Source: Chiloscyllium plagiosum (taxonomy: Eukaryota). Taken from it: a stretch of 64,000 bases of DNA. The stretch spans positions 44,804,861 through 44,868,860 of the forward strand of contig NC_057719.1 in the NCBI RefSeq assembly GCF_004010195.1, written 5' to 3'. Position numbers and translations under genes: made by a program. The notes beneath the pieces are model-generated. The model was not told where the DNA came from. It saw only the letters and a program-made list of their open reading frames with translations, and did not search any database. Positions 12,042 to 24,528 of this stretch are shown one piece after another. Position 1 is the first letter of the stretch; every line of letters begins with the position of its first letter.

Positions 12042-12779
12042 ATGTTCTAGAGAGAACCTGCCAGGATGACAGATCGACTAAGAAGTGCCAAGAGGGAATT
12101 CCACAAATTAAGATCTGGACAACTGAGGACTCTCAATGATGAATTGAATAAAATTAGGAATGTGCAAGAGGATAGAAATTGGAGGAGTGAAGATTTCTTG
12201 GCAAGTTGTGTTTCTGGAAGTAATTATAGAGATTGGGAAGAACCATGGGTAGATCTGAAATCTAGGACCAAATAAATTTAAGATTGAGTTATTTCTGAAG
12301 AGGGAGCCACTGTATGACAGTGACCAAAGGAGTGATAATTCAAAACAAATATTACTTGGGCAAATTTGTTTATGTAGAGGTGTTGTTGTGGTCCCAGCAT
12401 TGCATATACATTTTTCAAATGTGTGTCTTACAAGGTGAAGTTGTCAGTAGTCAATTCTAGGAAAGAGGGGTTATAGTTAAGAAGTTGGGGTTATTCTCCT
12501 TGGAATAAAGGTGATCTTGTAGTTGAGATTCTGTAGTGTTAAATCAAGATTATGACAAGGTAGACAAAGAAAAACTATCTTGGCACCTAATGGTACAAGG
12601 ATGAAGGGACTCGGGTTTCAGGTTTTGGCAGTGAGCTCACATGAACTCGATAGGATGAATGACATTCCTCAGTGCAGTCATGACTCTATGAAAGACTACT
12701 TCTGGCTTTTCTATTGTTCATTTTTTTTTAAACTATGGGAACACAAAATCCCATAAGAATTGGCTTTTTGATGCTTTAG

Positions 12780-12960
12780 CAAAAGAAAAACTGCAGATGC
12801 TGGAATCCAGAGTAGGTCAGCAGGAGGCTAGAAGAGCACAGCAAGCCAGGCACAATTGAAAGGTGGAGAAATCCAACATTTTGGGTATAACCTTTCTCCA
12901 GGAATGGGGGTGCGGATAGGGGGAGTTGCAGATAAAAGTGGGGTGTGTGATAGGCAAAGT
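12780..12960 (-). mobile_element. Older Penelope-like terminal-repeat fragment
   Basis: AACTGCAGATGCTGG...GAAGAGCACAGCAAGCCAGGCA...CAGGAATG resembles the reverse complement of the family A terminus. Confidence 0.6.
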
Positions 12961-13170
12961 AAGTCCCTGAGAAGGTGAGGATGTTATAAGCAGGGGCCCA
13001 TCCTGTTTAAAAGGTTGACATTGCTAGTGGGTGCAAAAGATTTACTTAAAATTTATGGATTTTAGAATTAGTAGTTCTGTTTGCATATTAGGATCATCTT
13101 TTATGGTTTTGATAGTTTTTGCGTAGCCAGTTGTTAGCAGACTGAGTCTCTGTAGCATTCCTCAAGTACT

Positions 13171-13287
13171 GCTTTTGCCCGAAACGTTGCTTTCGAAGCT
13201 CCTTGGATGCTGCCTGAACTGCTGTGCTCTTCCAGCACCACTAATCCAGAATCTGGTTTACAGCATCTGCAGTCATTGTTTTTACCT
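13171..13287 (+). mobile_element. 5'-truncated Penelope-like terminal repeat (family A, same subtype as 4671-4801)
   Basis: GCTTTTGCCCGAAACGTT...GGATGCTGCCTGAACTGCTGTGCTCTTCCAGCACCACTAATCCAGAATCTGGTTT.CAGCATCTGCAGTCATTGTTTTTACC. No clear TSD. Confidence 0.8.
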
Positions 13288-15049
13288 CTGCAGTCACATA
13301 GTATATGCTTTGTATACAGGTAGTACAAGGACTTGGATTTCTCTGCTAATCCTTCTGCCTTCACTATTTTATGTTTGGTTATTTTTAATGCTTTGGGATG
13401 TTTTATTCAATTAGTGGTGCTATGCAAGCCGTTTGTATTGATACTAATGAGTGTTTAGAACACAACAAAAAATAGAAACTGAGTAGATTGGTAGAAGAAA
13501 GTGTGTATGCACATATGTAGAAAGCAAATAAAAGAGACCAGAATAGACATATTCATGAAAGAAAGAACTGAGTGAATAAAGACAATGACAAATCTTCAAT
13601 GGCGATACAGTCAACACGTATGGAGAGTGTGACCAAGTGGTGCAAGTGAAAAGAATAGCAAACAGATTAACTAAAACCTGGAGAATCAGGGAAGCAGCTA
13701 TGAGAAGGGTAGGAAGAACAGTATTTGTTTTTATTGAGTTCTTTCATACTAACTCACATGCATAAAGTGTACAATTTATTAACTTAGTGCAGCAGTTTGT
13801 TAGAAATGAATGAGAGCAAGCATATCCTAATGAGAGTAATCTCTTGCTAAAATCTATGGTTCTTTGTTGAGACTGAACTAATCTCATCAGGATCTTGCTG
13901 TGCTGGTAAATCTGCTACTTAATGGATCTTTTTGTTAACATTGATTTTAATAGCCAAATTACAAAATGAAAGCATATAATCAAGTCAATTCACAACTTTC
14001 TCGAAGACTATCAACATTTGGTTGAGGAAGATAAAGACAAAGTTTTGACAATCATAGTAAATATAGTGCTTGTTCCTTTATATGTATGAGAATACTAACT
14101 TGACAACATCCAACAGTAGCTTAATGTTGAAGTGATAAATTATTTCAGATTCAAAATGTCCATTCAGTCAACTGCTTGTATAGACTTACATACTCAAACA
14201 CTCAATCTATCAGGTACTATTTAAATTGTTAAAAGCAGTAGGTGCTAGGCCATTTGAAAAGGTAGTAAAAAGTGAATATTATGAATGTGAAATTTAAATC
14301 ACCAAGTCTAGAATAGCAAAGGCAGACAGGTTTATTACCGAGAAAGCACTAAGGGAACCAATATATTTTGTCTTTCTGACAGCTTTTGTATCATATTTAT
14401 TCAAAACGGCTTTTAATTTTTAGGCTAAACTCCTTTTAAAATTCATTTTTAATATATTTTATACATTTCAAACTAGTATGATATGATTTGAATCCATGTA
14501 CTTTGGATTTTTCATTGAGATCTATAAATTGATTGGATGATATCTCCAATACAGTCTATTGAAGTCCTCAAAGATTGTGATGGATTGCTTAATATTACAC
14601 AACTTGGCCTTACAAAACCAGAAATCATTTTTTTCGGTTACCACAAAAGACAGTGAAACATGTGTATCAGCAAGTAGATTACTAGAAAGGTACTTGTCTT
14701 GGGTAAGAGCGAGACTGTCTCACTGCACTTTTGGTGTTCTAACTGAACTGAGCTTCTGACCCCAAGTGCTTTACATCACAAAGATTGTCATCTTGTGCCT
14801 CTAAGATTGCCCTACCTGCTCATTTTGGTACCTGTGCTTCAATGCATCTGCTACTCATACACTCACTGCTGCCTTCGCCACCTCTGGATTACTTCAATGT
14901 TTTCCTAGCCAGTTTGTCCTTCCACATCCTCCATAAACTTCACATTATTCAAAATGATGCTTCTTATATCCCACTTTGCACCGTGCCCTACCTGGTCTTG
15001 CTGATCTTTTTTTTTCCAACTCTGACTTGTACTTTAAGGTTGGCAACCT

Positions 15050-17515
15050 GCACCTTGTGGAGTGCCACAAAGACCAGTGCTGTTTTCACCATTATTTATA
15101 ATGTATGTCAATGATTTGGATGAAGGAATTGAATGCATTATCAGGAGGTTTACAGATGACAGGAAAATAGGTGGGAAGGCAAGTCATGAGGATGCTACAA
15201 AGTGTCTGCAATGTGCGGCAAAATGTGACACTGTGCACTTCGGCAGGATGAATGGAAGAACTGAATACTAATCAAATGGGAAAAGACTGCAGAAAGCAGT
15301 AACACCGCGGGATTTGTATGCCCTTGCAGCATCTAAGTTCACCAGGGAAGGCAAGTGGATGTTGACCTTTATATCAAAGGGAATGGAATATAATAATAAT
15401 GAGGTTTTGGCTCATTTACCTGAACAAAGATATTGGAGACAGTTCAGAGAAGTTTCACTAGGCTGGTTTGGAGGGTCTGACTTGAGGAGAAGTTGAGTAG
15501 GTTGGCTTGTGCTCATTGGAGTTTTGAAGAATGAATGGAGATCTTATTGAACCAAGAAGGTGGAGTTGAGGATTATCAGATTAGCTATGATCTCATTGAA
15601 TGGCAGAACAAACTCGATGGGCTGAATGGCCTACTTCTACTCCAAAATCTTATGGTATCTAAGGAGTGAAATTCTTCTATTTTTGCATTGGCCTCTGGGT
15701 AAAGCTTTAGTGGCTCCTCCCTTCAGGCCTGAATTAAAATGAAGTGGGACTCCATGACCTACACATGGAAGGAGGAATGCTGCTGGCTTTGGAGCAGCTG
15801 TCCTCAGTTCTTACTAAAGGCTGAACACTCGGTGTCTGGGATATATCAGGACAGATAACTAACTCTTGTGCATTTCCATCACTTAATCTGAATTTTGAAA
15901 AGGTATTTGAAAAGGTGCCCACATCAAGGATTACTACTCAAAATAAGAGCTCTTGATGTCAAAATAACCTATTTACATGGATAGAGGATTGGTGGCCAAA
16001 AAGCAAAAGAATGCGGATAAATGGATCATGTTCAGGTTGGCCAACCAACCAATGAAGTGCCACTGGGATCAGTGCTGGAGCTGCAACTATTTACCAGTCA
16101 TATCAATGACTTGCATGAAGGGACGAATCATATGGTATTTAAATTTCATGATGACACCAAGGTAGGCATGAAAGTAGGTTGTCAAGAGCAGATAAAGGTC
16201 TGTAAAGTGGTTGAGAGCTGTTAAGTGAGTGGACAAAAATCTAGCAGATCCACTTTGGGAGGAAGAATAAAAAATAAGCTATTTAACTGGAGATTGATCA
16301 CAACTTTACAGTACAGTGGGATCTGGGTCTCCTTGTACATGAATCACACAAGGTTAGTATGCAGGCAAAGCAAGTGATTTGGAAGAGGAATGGATTGTTG
16401 AATTTATAGAAATGGGAATCGAGTACAAAAGTAGGAAAACGTTGCTATAGCTGTGGAAGGCCTTAGTGAGCCTGCATCAGGAAAACTGTGTACAGTTTTT
16501 TCTCCTTCCTTCAAAGTTAGAATTGAACTAAAAGCAGTTGAAAGATTCCTGAAACAGATTACTGGATTGCTGTGTGAGGAAAGGTTGGGCCCTTATCCAT
16601 TGGCGTTTAGAAGAATGAGAGGTGATCTTTTTGAAACATGTAAGATCTTGTGTGGACTTGATGGGTGGATGCAGAGAAGATATTTCCCCCTTGTCTGGAA
16701 CTGGAGGCAGATTCATGATCAAGGATGTCTACGGTTGCGGGGGTAGACAGGAAAGTGATGTTGAAGCCACAATTCAATCAGCCATGATGTTATCAAAAGG
16801 TAGAACAGGTTCAAAGGCCAAATGGCATATTCCTGAAATTTTTGTGTTCATCTAATTAATGCCAGGTTAGTCAGATTGAAATGACTTGAGTGACTGGTGT
16901 ATTTCAAATTTTATTAAAGTGAGCCTTTTTGGAAGCATTATGTACTGTTCTTACTCTCTCTGCCATTGGTGATATGATCAAAGACTACATCAATTAGTGT
17001 TATGATGCAAGTGGTGGGCATCTTAATATTGACTGGCCTGATGCTCTCTTGCCACAACTGCTGACCCTTTCGGTGTGCGTCAACCCTCGCAAACTACTGT
17101 TCCCTATGTTGGTTTCATGAGCACATTATAGGATAGCTTGCTATCTTGCAGAGTTCACAGATTTAATTCAGGTCTTCAACATATTAACAGGAAAAGACAG
17201 GGTAGATAGAGAGAAGCTACTTCCACTGGTTGAAGATTGTAGAACCAATGGACATGGTCGAAAAATTAGGGCCAGGCCATTTAGGAGAGATGTCAGAAAG
17301 CACTTTACCTGCAAAGCGTAGTAGACGTCTGAAACTCTTTTCCTCAAAAGTGATAGTTTCAAATTCAGTTGTTAAATTTAAATCTGAAATAGACAAATGT
17401 TTTATTAATCAAGGGATGTGGACCCAAAGTGTATGGAGTTAGGCCACAGATCAGCATGATATTATGGAATGGTAGGGCAGGCTTGAGGGACTGAATGGCC
17501 TACTCTTGTTCCTAT
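15050..17515 (+). mobile_element. Cluster of old CR1 RT/3'-end fragments (about 15050-15655, 15880-16850, 17165-17515)
   Basis: Decayed RT motifs YVNDLDEG..RFTDDRKIGG, F.KVFEKVP, VPLGSVLELQLF..INDL..KFHDDTK and RRMRGDL.ET.KI, with 3' ends of the GGCTGAATGGCCTACT type. Confidence 0.75.
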
Positions 17516-18076
17516 TTTACTCTGAAGTTCTCACACAGCGAAGATATTTAGCAGCTACCAAAACAACTTAAGGCTTCTGCTTTCGAAGTTGCTGCAGGTC
17601 TGTAAAACTTACAGCATCAGAACAATTCATAAACTGAATGGCAAGCTCCCAGTAATTGATGTTCCTAACCTTGTGGACTCACTGGGAATGTTGGAATTAA
17701 GCTGAGCCCTGGAAATTAAACCAGGGTTGGTTCATATCTTGTTGGGCAGGATTGACTTGCACCCTGCCATAATTCCACTCTGGCTTTGACCCAAGTGGCA
17801 AATTCAGATTGTGGATTGATTGATGTCAGTACAATAATAAGAATACAGTTTTTAGTTGAGTTCTAAATTTAATGGTAACCCAAAATTTAAAGCTTGCAAG
17901 ATTCTATGGATGAGTCCTGGATTAAACTGCAATCCTGTGGTAATTCTGTGACATCTATTACTTTGGCATGTTTCAATAAAACACCATTTTTTTTTCCCCC
18001 GGTTTTCAATGCTGCTGACAGAATTTCCCGTCCATTTTTTAGGTCAGTAGGCTGCAGATGGAAAGTTCTTGCCCTA

Positions 18077-18651
18077 GGTCTGCTGCACGGTGGCTCAGTG
18101 GTTAGCAATGCTGCCTCCCAGTGCCAGGGACCGGTTCGATTCCATCCTTGGCCAACTGTCTGTGTGGAGTTTGTGCACACCTCCTCCGGGTGCTCCAGTT
18201 TCCTGCCACAGTCCAAAGATGTGCAGGTTAGGTGGATTGGCCATGCCAAATTGGCTGTAGTATCCAGGGGTGAGAGTCGAGTGTGTGGTGCTGGTAAAGC
18301 ACAGCAGGTCAGGCAGCATCCAAGGAGCAAGAGAATCAATGTTTCGGGCAAGAACCTTTCATCAGGAAATGATGGATTAAAATGCACCCTTTTCCTGATG
18401 AAGGGCTCTTGTCTGAAACGTTGATTCTCCTGCTTCTTGGATGCTGCCTGATCTGCCCTGCTTTTCCAGCAGCACGCTCTTGACTCTGATCTCCAGCATT
18501 TCAGTGCTCACTTTCTCCTAGTATCCAGAAGTATGCAGGCTGAGTAGATTAACAGGGTTACAGGGGTAAGCCGAGGTGGGATGCACTTTGGAGGGTCAAT
18601 GTGGACTCAATGGGTTGAATAGCCTGCTTCCACACTGGAGTGATTCTATGA
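18077..18651 (+). mobile_element. HE1-type V-SINE split by a Penelope-like insertion
   Basis: SINE head and V-domain at 18077-18267; the SINE resumes at 18529 and ends GATTCTATGA. Confidence 0.85.
18268..18518 (+). mobile_element. Penelope-like fold-back insertion (family A) inside the SINE
   Basis: TSD TAGTATCCAG (18258-18267 / 18519-18528), inverted arms, and core CTGATGA-A-GGGC-TCTT-GTCT-GAAAC-GTT at 18395-18422. Confidence 0.85.
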
Positions 18652-20258
18652 ACATCAGGTGATCCAGCCAGAATCTGGACTCAGAATTAACAATTTGCCA
18701 AGGGAATCAGCATCCTGGGTGGACCGAGAGTGTGGCAGCAGAACAGGTCATTTTTGTGGAATCCAGTGAACTGCTCGTGCCTCACTTGAGCCCACGCTCC
18801 CAAAACAAACACAGTACTTAACTATTTGACTGCACTTTGATAGGATTATTATACAGTAGAGCCAAAAAGTGTGGTGCTGGAAAAGCATAGCCAGCCAGGC
18901 AACATCCAAGGAGCAGGAGAGTCGACGTTTGGAGCATAAGCCCTTCATCAGGAATGAGGTGGTGGCCCAAGGGAGCTGAGAGTGGTGGGACTGTGGGCAC
19001 GGTTGCTGGGGATGCGATATGTAGATGGAGGTGGGGGTTGATGGTGATAAGTGGGAAAGAAGGTGGACAGGTTGGACAGTTCAAGAAGGCAGTGTCGAGT
19101 TGGCTCTGGGATAAGTAGGGAGAGGAGAAATGAAGAAACTGGTGAAATCTACAAGGCGGAAGATGAGGTGTTCTTCCTCTAGGCGTTGGGTGGCTAGAGT
19201 TTGGCGGTGGAGGAGGCCCGGACTTGCATGTCCTTGGCAAGGTGGGAGGGGGAGTTAGTGTTCGGCGACAGGGCAGTGGAGGAAGAACGCCTCATTTTCT
19301 GCCTTGACCCTTCAACCACATGGGATCAATGGTAGATTTCACGGTTTCTTCATTTCTCCTGCCCCCATCTTATCCCAGAGCCAACCTCCCAACTCAGCAC
19401 CACGCTCTTGAACTGTCCTACTTTCCACCTTCCTTTCCACCTATTCCCCTCCACCCACTTTTCCGACCTATCTTCATCACCCTATTACCTCCATCTAACT
19501 ATCGCATTCCCAGCTCTATCTTCCCCTCAGTCCCACCCCCTTCCCATTTATCTCTCAGCCCCCTTGGGCCACTCCCTCATTCCTGATGGAGAGCTTATGC
19601 TTGAAACTTCGACTCTCCTGCTCCTCTAATAGCTGACCAGCTGTGCTTTTCCAGTACTATATTTTTCGCTTCTGATCTAATCCAAGATGGAGGACAGGAA
19701 AAATTTCTGACTGTAACAGGCTGTTCGTTTTTTGAGGTATTTTAGGTATTGGAGGTGATTTCCTTGAATTCTGGGAGTAGCAATTACTGTTTTGGAAGCT
19801 GTTGCATTGGTTTGGAACTTTAGAGAAACAAGTAGTGAAAACAACAGCACTTTTAAAGGGAGAGGAATAGACAAAGGCAGCACATGGTAGGTCAGTGCAG
19901 GAGAAAGAGAGAAAGGAACCCACACTGCTAACTGAAACAACAATGAACCTGCTGCATCGCTGGATATTGGACCGTGTCTGGGAAAATTAACAAACAGTGA
20001 AATTCACAACTAATCTTGGAGGAACCTGTTTGGGAGAGATGACAGCACAGAAACAGATGAATATTTTTAGGTGGGGCCTTACAGAAAGTCTGCAGTAATG
20101 AGTAGAGTGGGTTCTTTCTTGATTGTGTTTTATTGAGATATGTCTCTTGATTAAACTTAAAAAATATAAACCATTAGTATTAAGTTAGCCTGGAGCAGTG
20201 TTTTATTGACGAATAAGACTGTGCTATTTTCTGGGTCTGCAGATTGGAAGAAACAAAA

Positions 20259-21189
20259 ATGTAGAGTGATATGCTTTTCTTGTCAGATGTGGGAGGTTAG
20301 GTAGAATTTACGGGTTACTGAGGATTATATCTGTAATAAATGCAGTTGGTTGTGAATCCTATAGGATTGAATGGATCAGTTGGAGAGACCTTTAGAGGCA
20401 ATGAGAAATTTATAGGAGCAAGGGGATGTGATGGATGGCAGTTATAGGAAGGGAGAAAAGTTGCAGATACAGTCACATAGATGGGCTAACTCCAGGAAAG
20501 GTAAGAGAGGTAGGCAGGTAATGCAGGAATCTTCTGTGGCTATCCACATTTCAAACAAGTAGCTGTTTTGGGAAATATAGGGGGTGATGAATTCTCAGGG
20601 GAACATAGCCAGAACAGCCAAGTGTCTGGTATGGAGATTTGCTCTAATGCAATGAGGGTTACGTTGGGTTCCAAGTGATCTATTGTGGTAGGGGGCTCTC
20701 TCAGCCGAGGCACAGACCGAAGTTTCTGTGGCCAGCAGCAAAAAAATCAGAATGGTCTGTTGCTTCCCTGGTGCCAGGATCAAGGATGTCTCAGAGAGGG
20801 TGCAGAATGTTCTCACGGGGGAGAGGGATCAGCCGGTGGTCATTGTACACATTGGAACCAATGACAAAGGAAAGGAAAAGGATGCGATTCTGAAAGGAAA
20901 ATAGAGAGTTCGGCAGAAATTTTAAAAAGGAGATCCTCGAGAGTAGTCATATCTGGATTGCTCCCAGTGCTGTGAGCTAGTGAGGGTAGGAATAGGAGGA
21001 TAGAACAGATGAATGCATGGCTGAGGAGCTGGTGTATGGGAGAAGGATTCACATTTTTGGATCATTGGAATCTCTTCTAGAGTAAAAGTGACCTGTACAA
21101 GAAAGGCTGATTGCACCTGAATTGGAAGGGGACTAATATACTGGCAGGGAAATTTATGAGAGCTGCTCAGGAGGATTTAAACTATTAAG
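20259..21189 (+). pseudogene. CR1 ORF1: Cys zinc-finger/leucine-zipper plus SGNH esterase-like domain, with several stops
   Basis: VICFSCQMWE..DYICNKC..MDQLE; IVVGGSL..GTDRSFCG..MVCCFPGARIKDVSERVQ..VIVHIGTND; LHLNWKGTNIL. Confidence 0.85.
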
Positions 21190-21321
21190 GTGAGGGGGGA
21201 TGAGACCCAGGGAGATAGTGAGGAAAGAGATCAATCTGAGACTGGTACAGTTGAGAAAAGAAGCAAATCAAACAGTCAGGGCAGGCAGGGATAAAGCAGA
21301 GAACAAGGTAGGACTGATAAA

Positions 21322-23890
21322 TTAAACTGCATTTACTTCAATGCAAGAGACCTAACAGGGAAGGCAGATGAGCTCAGGGCATGGTTAGGAACATGGGTCT
21401 GGGATATCATAGCAATTACAGAAATGTGGCTCAGGGATGGACAAGACTGGCAGCTTAATGTTCCAGGATATAAATGCTACAGGAAGGACAGAAAGGGAGG
21501 CAAGAGAGGAGGGGGAGTGGCGTTTTTGATAAGGGATAGTATTACAGCTGTACTGAGGGTACAGGGTATTAACTTTCCAAACCTAGATTGGAACTGCCAT
21601 AGTATTAAGGGTTTCGATAGAGAAGAATTTGTTAAATGTGTACAAAAAAATTTTCTGATTTAAATATGTGGATGTACCTATGAGAGAAGGTGCAAGACTT
21701 AATCTACTCTTGGGAAATAAGACAGGGCAAGTGATTGAGGTGTCAGTGGGGGAGCACTTTGGGGCCAGCGACCATAATTCTATTAGTTTTAAAATAGTGA
21801 TGGAAAAGGATAGACCAGATCTAAAAGTTAAAGTTCTAAATTTGAGGAAGGCTAATTGTGATGGTATTAGGCAAGAACTTTCAAAAGCTGAATGGGGGCA
21901 GATGTTCGCAGGTAAAGGGACGGCTGGAAAATGGGAAGCCTTCAGAAGTGAGACAGCAAGAGTCTAGAGACAATATAATCCTGTTAGGGTGAAAGGAAAG
22001 GCTGGTAGGTATAGGGAATGCTGGAAAGAAATTGAGAGTTTGGTTAAGAAAAAGAAGGAAGCATATGTAATGTATAGACAGGATAGATCGAGTGAATCCT
22101 TAGATGAGTGTAAAGGCAGTAGGAGTATACTTAAGAGGGAAATCAGGAGGGCAAAAAGGGGACATGAGATAGCTTTGGCAAATAGAATTAAGGAGAATCC
22201 AAAGGGTTTTTACAAATACATTAAGGACAAAAGGGTAACTAGGGAGAGAATAGGGCCCCCTCATAGATCAGCAATGCAGCCTTTGTGTGGAACCACAGGA
22301 GATGGGGGAGATACTAAATGAGTATTTTAGATCAGTATTTACTGTGGAAAAGGACATGGAAGATATAGGTTGTGGGGAAATAGATGGTAACATCTTGAAA
22401 AATGTTGATATTACAGAGGAGGAAGAGCTAGATGTCTTGAAACGCATAAAAGTGGATAAATCCCCACGACCTGATCAGGTGTACCCTAGAACTCTGTGGG
22501 GAGCTAAGAAAATGATTGTTGGGCCTCTTGCTGAGATATTTGTATTATCGATAGTCACAGGCGATGTACCGGAAGACTGGAGGTTCGCTAACATGGTGCC
22601 ACTGTTTAGGAAGGGTGGTAAGGACAAGCCAGGGGACTGTAGTCCAGTGAGCCTGACGTCGGTGGTGGGCAAGTTGTTGGAGGGAATCCTGAGGGACAGG
22701 ATGTACATGTATTTGGAAAGGCAAGGACTGATTAGGGATAATCAGCTTGGCTTTGTGCATGCAAAATCATGTCTCACAAATTTGATTGAGTTTTTTGAGG
22801 AAGTAACAAAGAGGATTGATGAGGGCAGAGCAGTAGATGTCATCTATATGGACTTCAGTAAAGCGTTCGACAAGGTTCCCCATGGGAGACTGATTAGCAA
22901 GGTTAGATCTCATGGAATACAGGGAGAACTAGCTATTTGGATACAGAACTGGCTCAAAGGTAGAAGACAGAGGGTGGTGGTGGATAGATGTTTTTCAGAT
23001 TGGAGGCCTGTGACCAGTGGAGTGCCATTAAGGACCACTACTTTTCATCATTTATATAAATGATTTGGATGTAAGCATAATAGGTACAGTTAGTAAGTTT
23101 GCAGATGACACCAAAATTGGAGATGTAGTGGACAGCGAAGAAGGTTACCTCTGATTACAATGGGATCTTGTGTAGATAGGCCAATAGGCTGAGTAGTGGC
23201 AGATGGAGTTTAATTTAGATAAATGCAAGTTGCTGCATTTTGGGAAAGCAAATCTTAACAGGACTAATACACTTATTGGTAAGGTCCTAGGGAGTGTTGT
23301 TGAACAAAGATACCTTGGAGTGAAGGTTCATAGTTCCTTGAAAGTGGAGTCGCAGGTCGATAGGATAGTGAAGAAGGCGTTTGGTATGCTTTCCTTTATT
23401 GGTCAGAGTATTGAGTACAAGAGTTGGGAGGTCATGTTGCGGCTGTACAGGATATTGGTTTGGCCATTTTTAGAATATTGTGTGGAGTTCTGGTCTCCTT
23501 CCTATCGGAAGGATGTTGTGAAACTTCAAAGGGTTCAGAAAAGATTTACAAGGATGTTGCCAGGGTTGGAGGGTCTGAGCTATCGGGAGAGGTTGAGTAG
23601 GCTGGGGCTGTTTTCCCTGGAGCCTCTGAGGCTGAAGGGTGACCTTTATAGAGGTTTATAAAATCATGAGGGGCATGGATAGGATAAATAGACAAAGTCT
23701 TTTCCCTGGGGTGGTGGAGTCCAGAACTAGAGGTTTAGGGTGAGAGGGGCAAGATATAAAAGAGACCTAAGGGGCAACTTTATCATGCAGATGGTGGTAC
23801 GTGTATGGAATGAGCTGGCAGAGGAAGTGGTGGAGGCTGGTTACAATTGCAACATTTAAAAGGCATCTGGATGGGTTTCTGAATAGGAAG
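21322..23890 (+). pseudogene. CR1 ORF2: AP-endonuclease plus reverse transcriptase; frameshifted, with an internal endonuclease deletion near 21560
   Basis: LNCIYFNAR..GKADEL, IAITEMWL, RGGGVA, SDHNSISF, PVSLTSVVGKLLE, YMDFSKAFDKVPHGRL, KFADDTK, FNLDKC, LEYCVEFWSP (ORF-track pieces 21424-23661). Confidence 0.92.
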
Positions 23891-24210
23891 GGTTTGGAGG
23901 GATATGGGCCAGGTGCTGGCAGGTGGGACAAGATTGGGTTGGGATACCTGGTCAGCATGGATGGGTTGGACCGAAGGGTCTGTTTCTGTGCTGTACATCT
24001 CTGACTCTATGACTGTATTTGCAGTCCTTATTTTCTCCTTACTATACAGTAGAGGCTATTACATGATTTACTGGACAGGTGTAATGAGAAAAAAGGCATT
24101 TCTAAAACAAATGACAGGAAAATGAAGATAAAAGTAAAATACTATTGCTGTTGGAAATCTAAAACAAACAAAGGCCAAGAAGTACATAACTGGTCTGGCA
24201 GCATCTATGG

Positions 24211-24528
24211 TGGTGTTACATATCGAATCAGCAATGCAGTATATCTTTAAGCGACATACTAATGATATCACCACATCATGACATGTGACCTAATAATATA
24301 AAGCTCTGTTTCCATCTTGAAATGTGCTGCAGTACATCCAAATTGCTTATTTTGAGCCCCGATCTGCCAGTACCTGAGTGTGTGTGTGGTGTACCTGTGT
24401 AGATACCAGGCTCTGTAATAAATATTCATTGAACTTTTCATTACTTGCAAGCTCCATGTCTGGGAGGTAACACAAGTGTCACAGCATGATTGTGGTGAAT
24501 CATCAGTAATCCATGACACGTCACATCA
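24211..24528 (+). mobile_element. Probable solo LTR inserted in a Penelope-like (family C) fragment
   Basis: TG...CA ends with imperfect terminal inverted repeats (TGGTGTTAC / GTCACATCA), internal TATATAAA-like box and AATAAA. The flanks GGCAGCATCTATGG and GTAGAGTGAGAAAC rejoin into the GGCAGCATCTGTGGAGAGAG sequence seen at 57092-57112. Confidence 0.5.

Larger units (their letters stand above)
19679..24014 (+). mobile_element. Essentially full-length, inactivated CR1 LINE (5'UTR, ORF1, ORF2, microsatellite tail)
   Basis: Both ends are fixed by the interrupted Penelope tail. ORF1 and ORF2 motifs are present, and the tail is TCTCTGACTCTATGACT. Confidence 0.92.
18862..24038 (+). mobile_element. 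Longer Penelope-like fold-back insertion (18862-19678 plus tail 24015-24038) retaining the end of the GIY-YIG endonuclease ORF
   Basis: The minus arm encodes PVAEH.NSPSHLAKDMQV..LLHRQTLATQRLEEEHLIFRL; the plus arm encodes EEERLIF.L..LQPHGIN..DF (Penelope ORF C-terminus). 16-bp TSD TTATTATACAGTAGAG (18846-18861) / TTACTATACAGTAGAG (24039-24054). Confidence 0.85.

Noticed and set aside
17887..18424. Overlapping 166-aa and 176-aa ORFs
   Set aside because: They read through unique DNA, SINE and Penelope sequence, so they are chimeric repeat translations. The same applies to 36545-37099, 34007-34489, 51476-51901 and 59374-59796.
22287..23063. 258-aa ORF, the longest in the window, as a functional gene
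   Set aside because: It is a fragment of the frameshifted, stop-containing CR1 ORF2.
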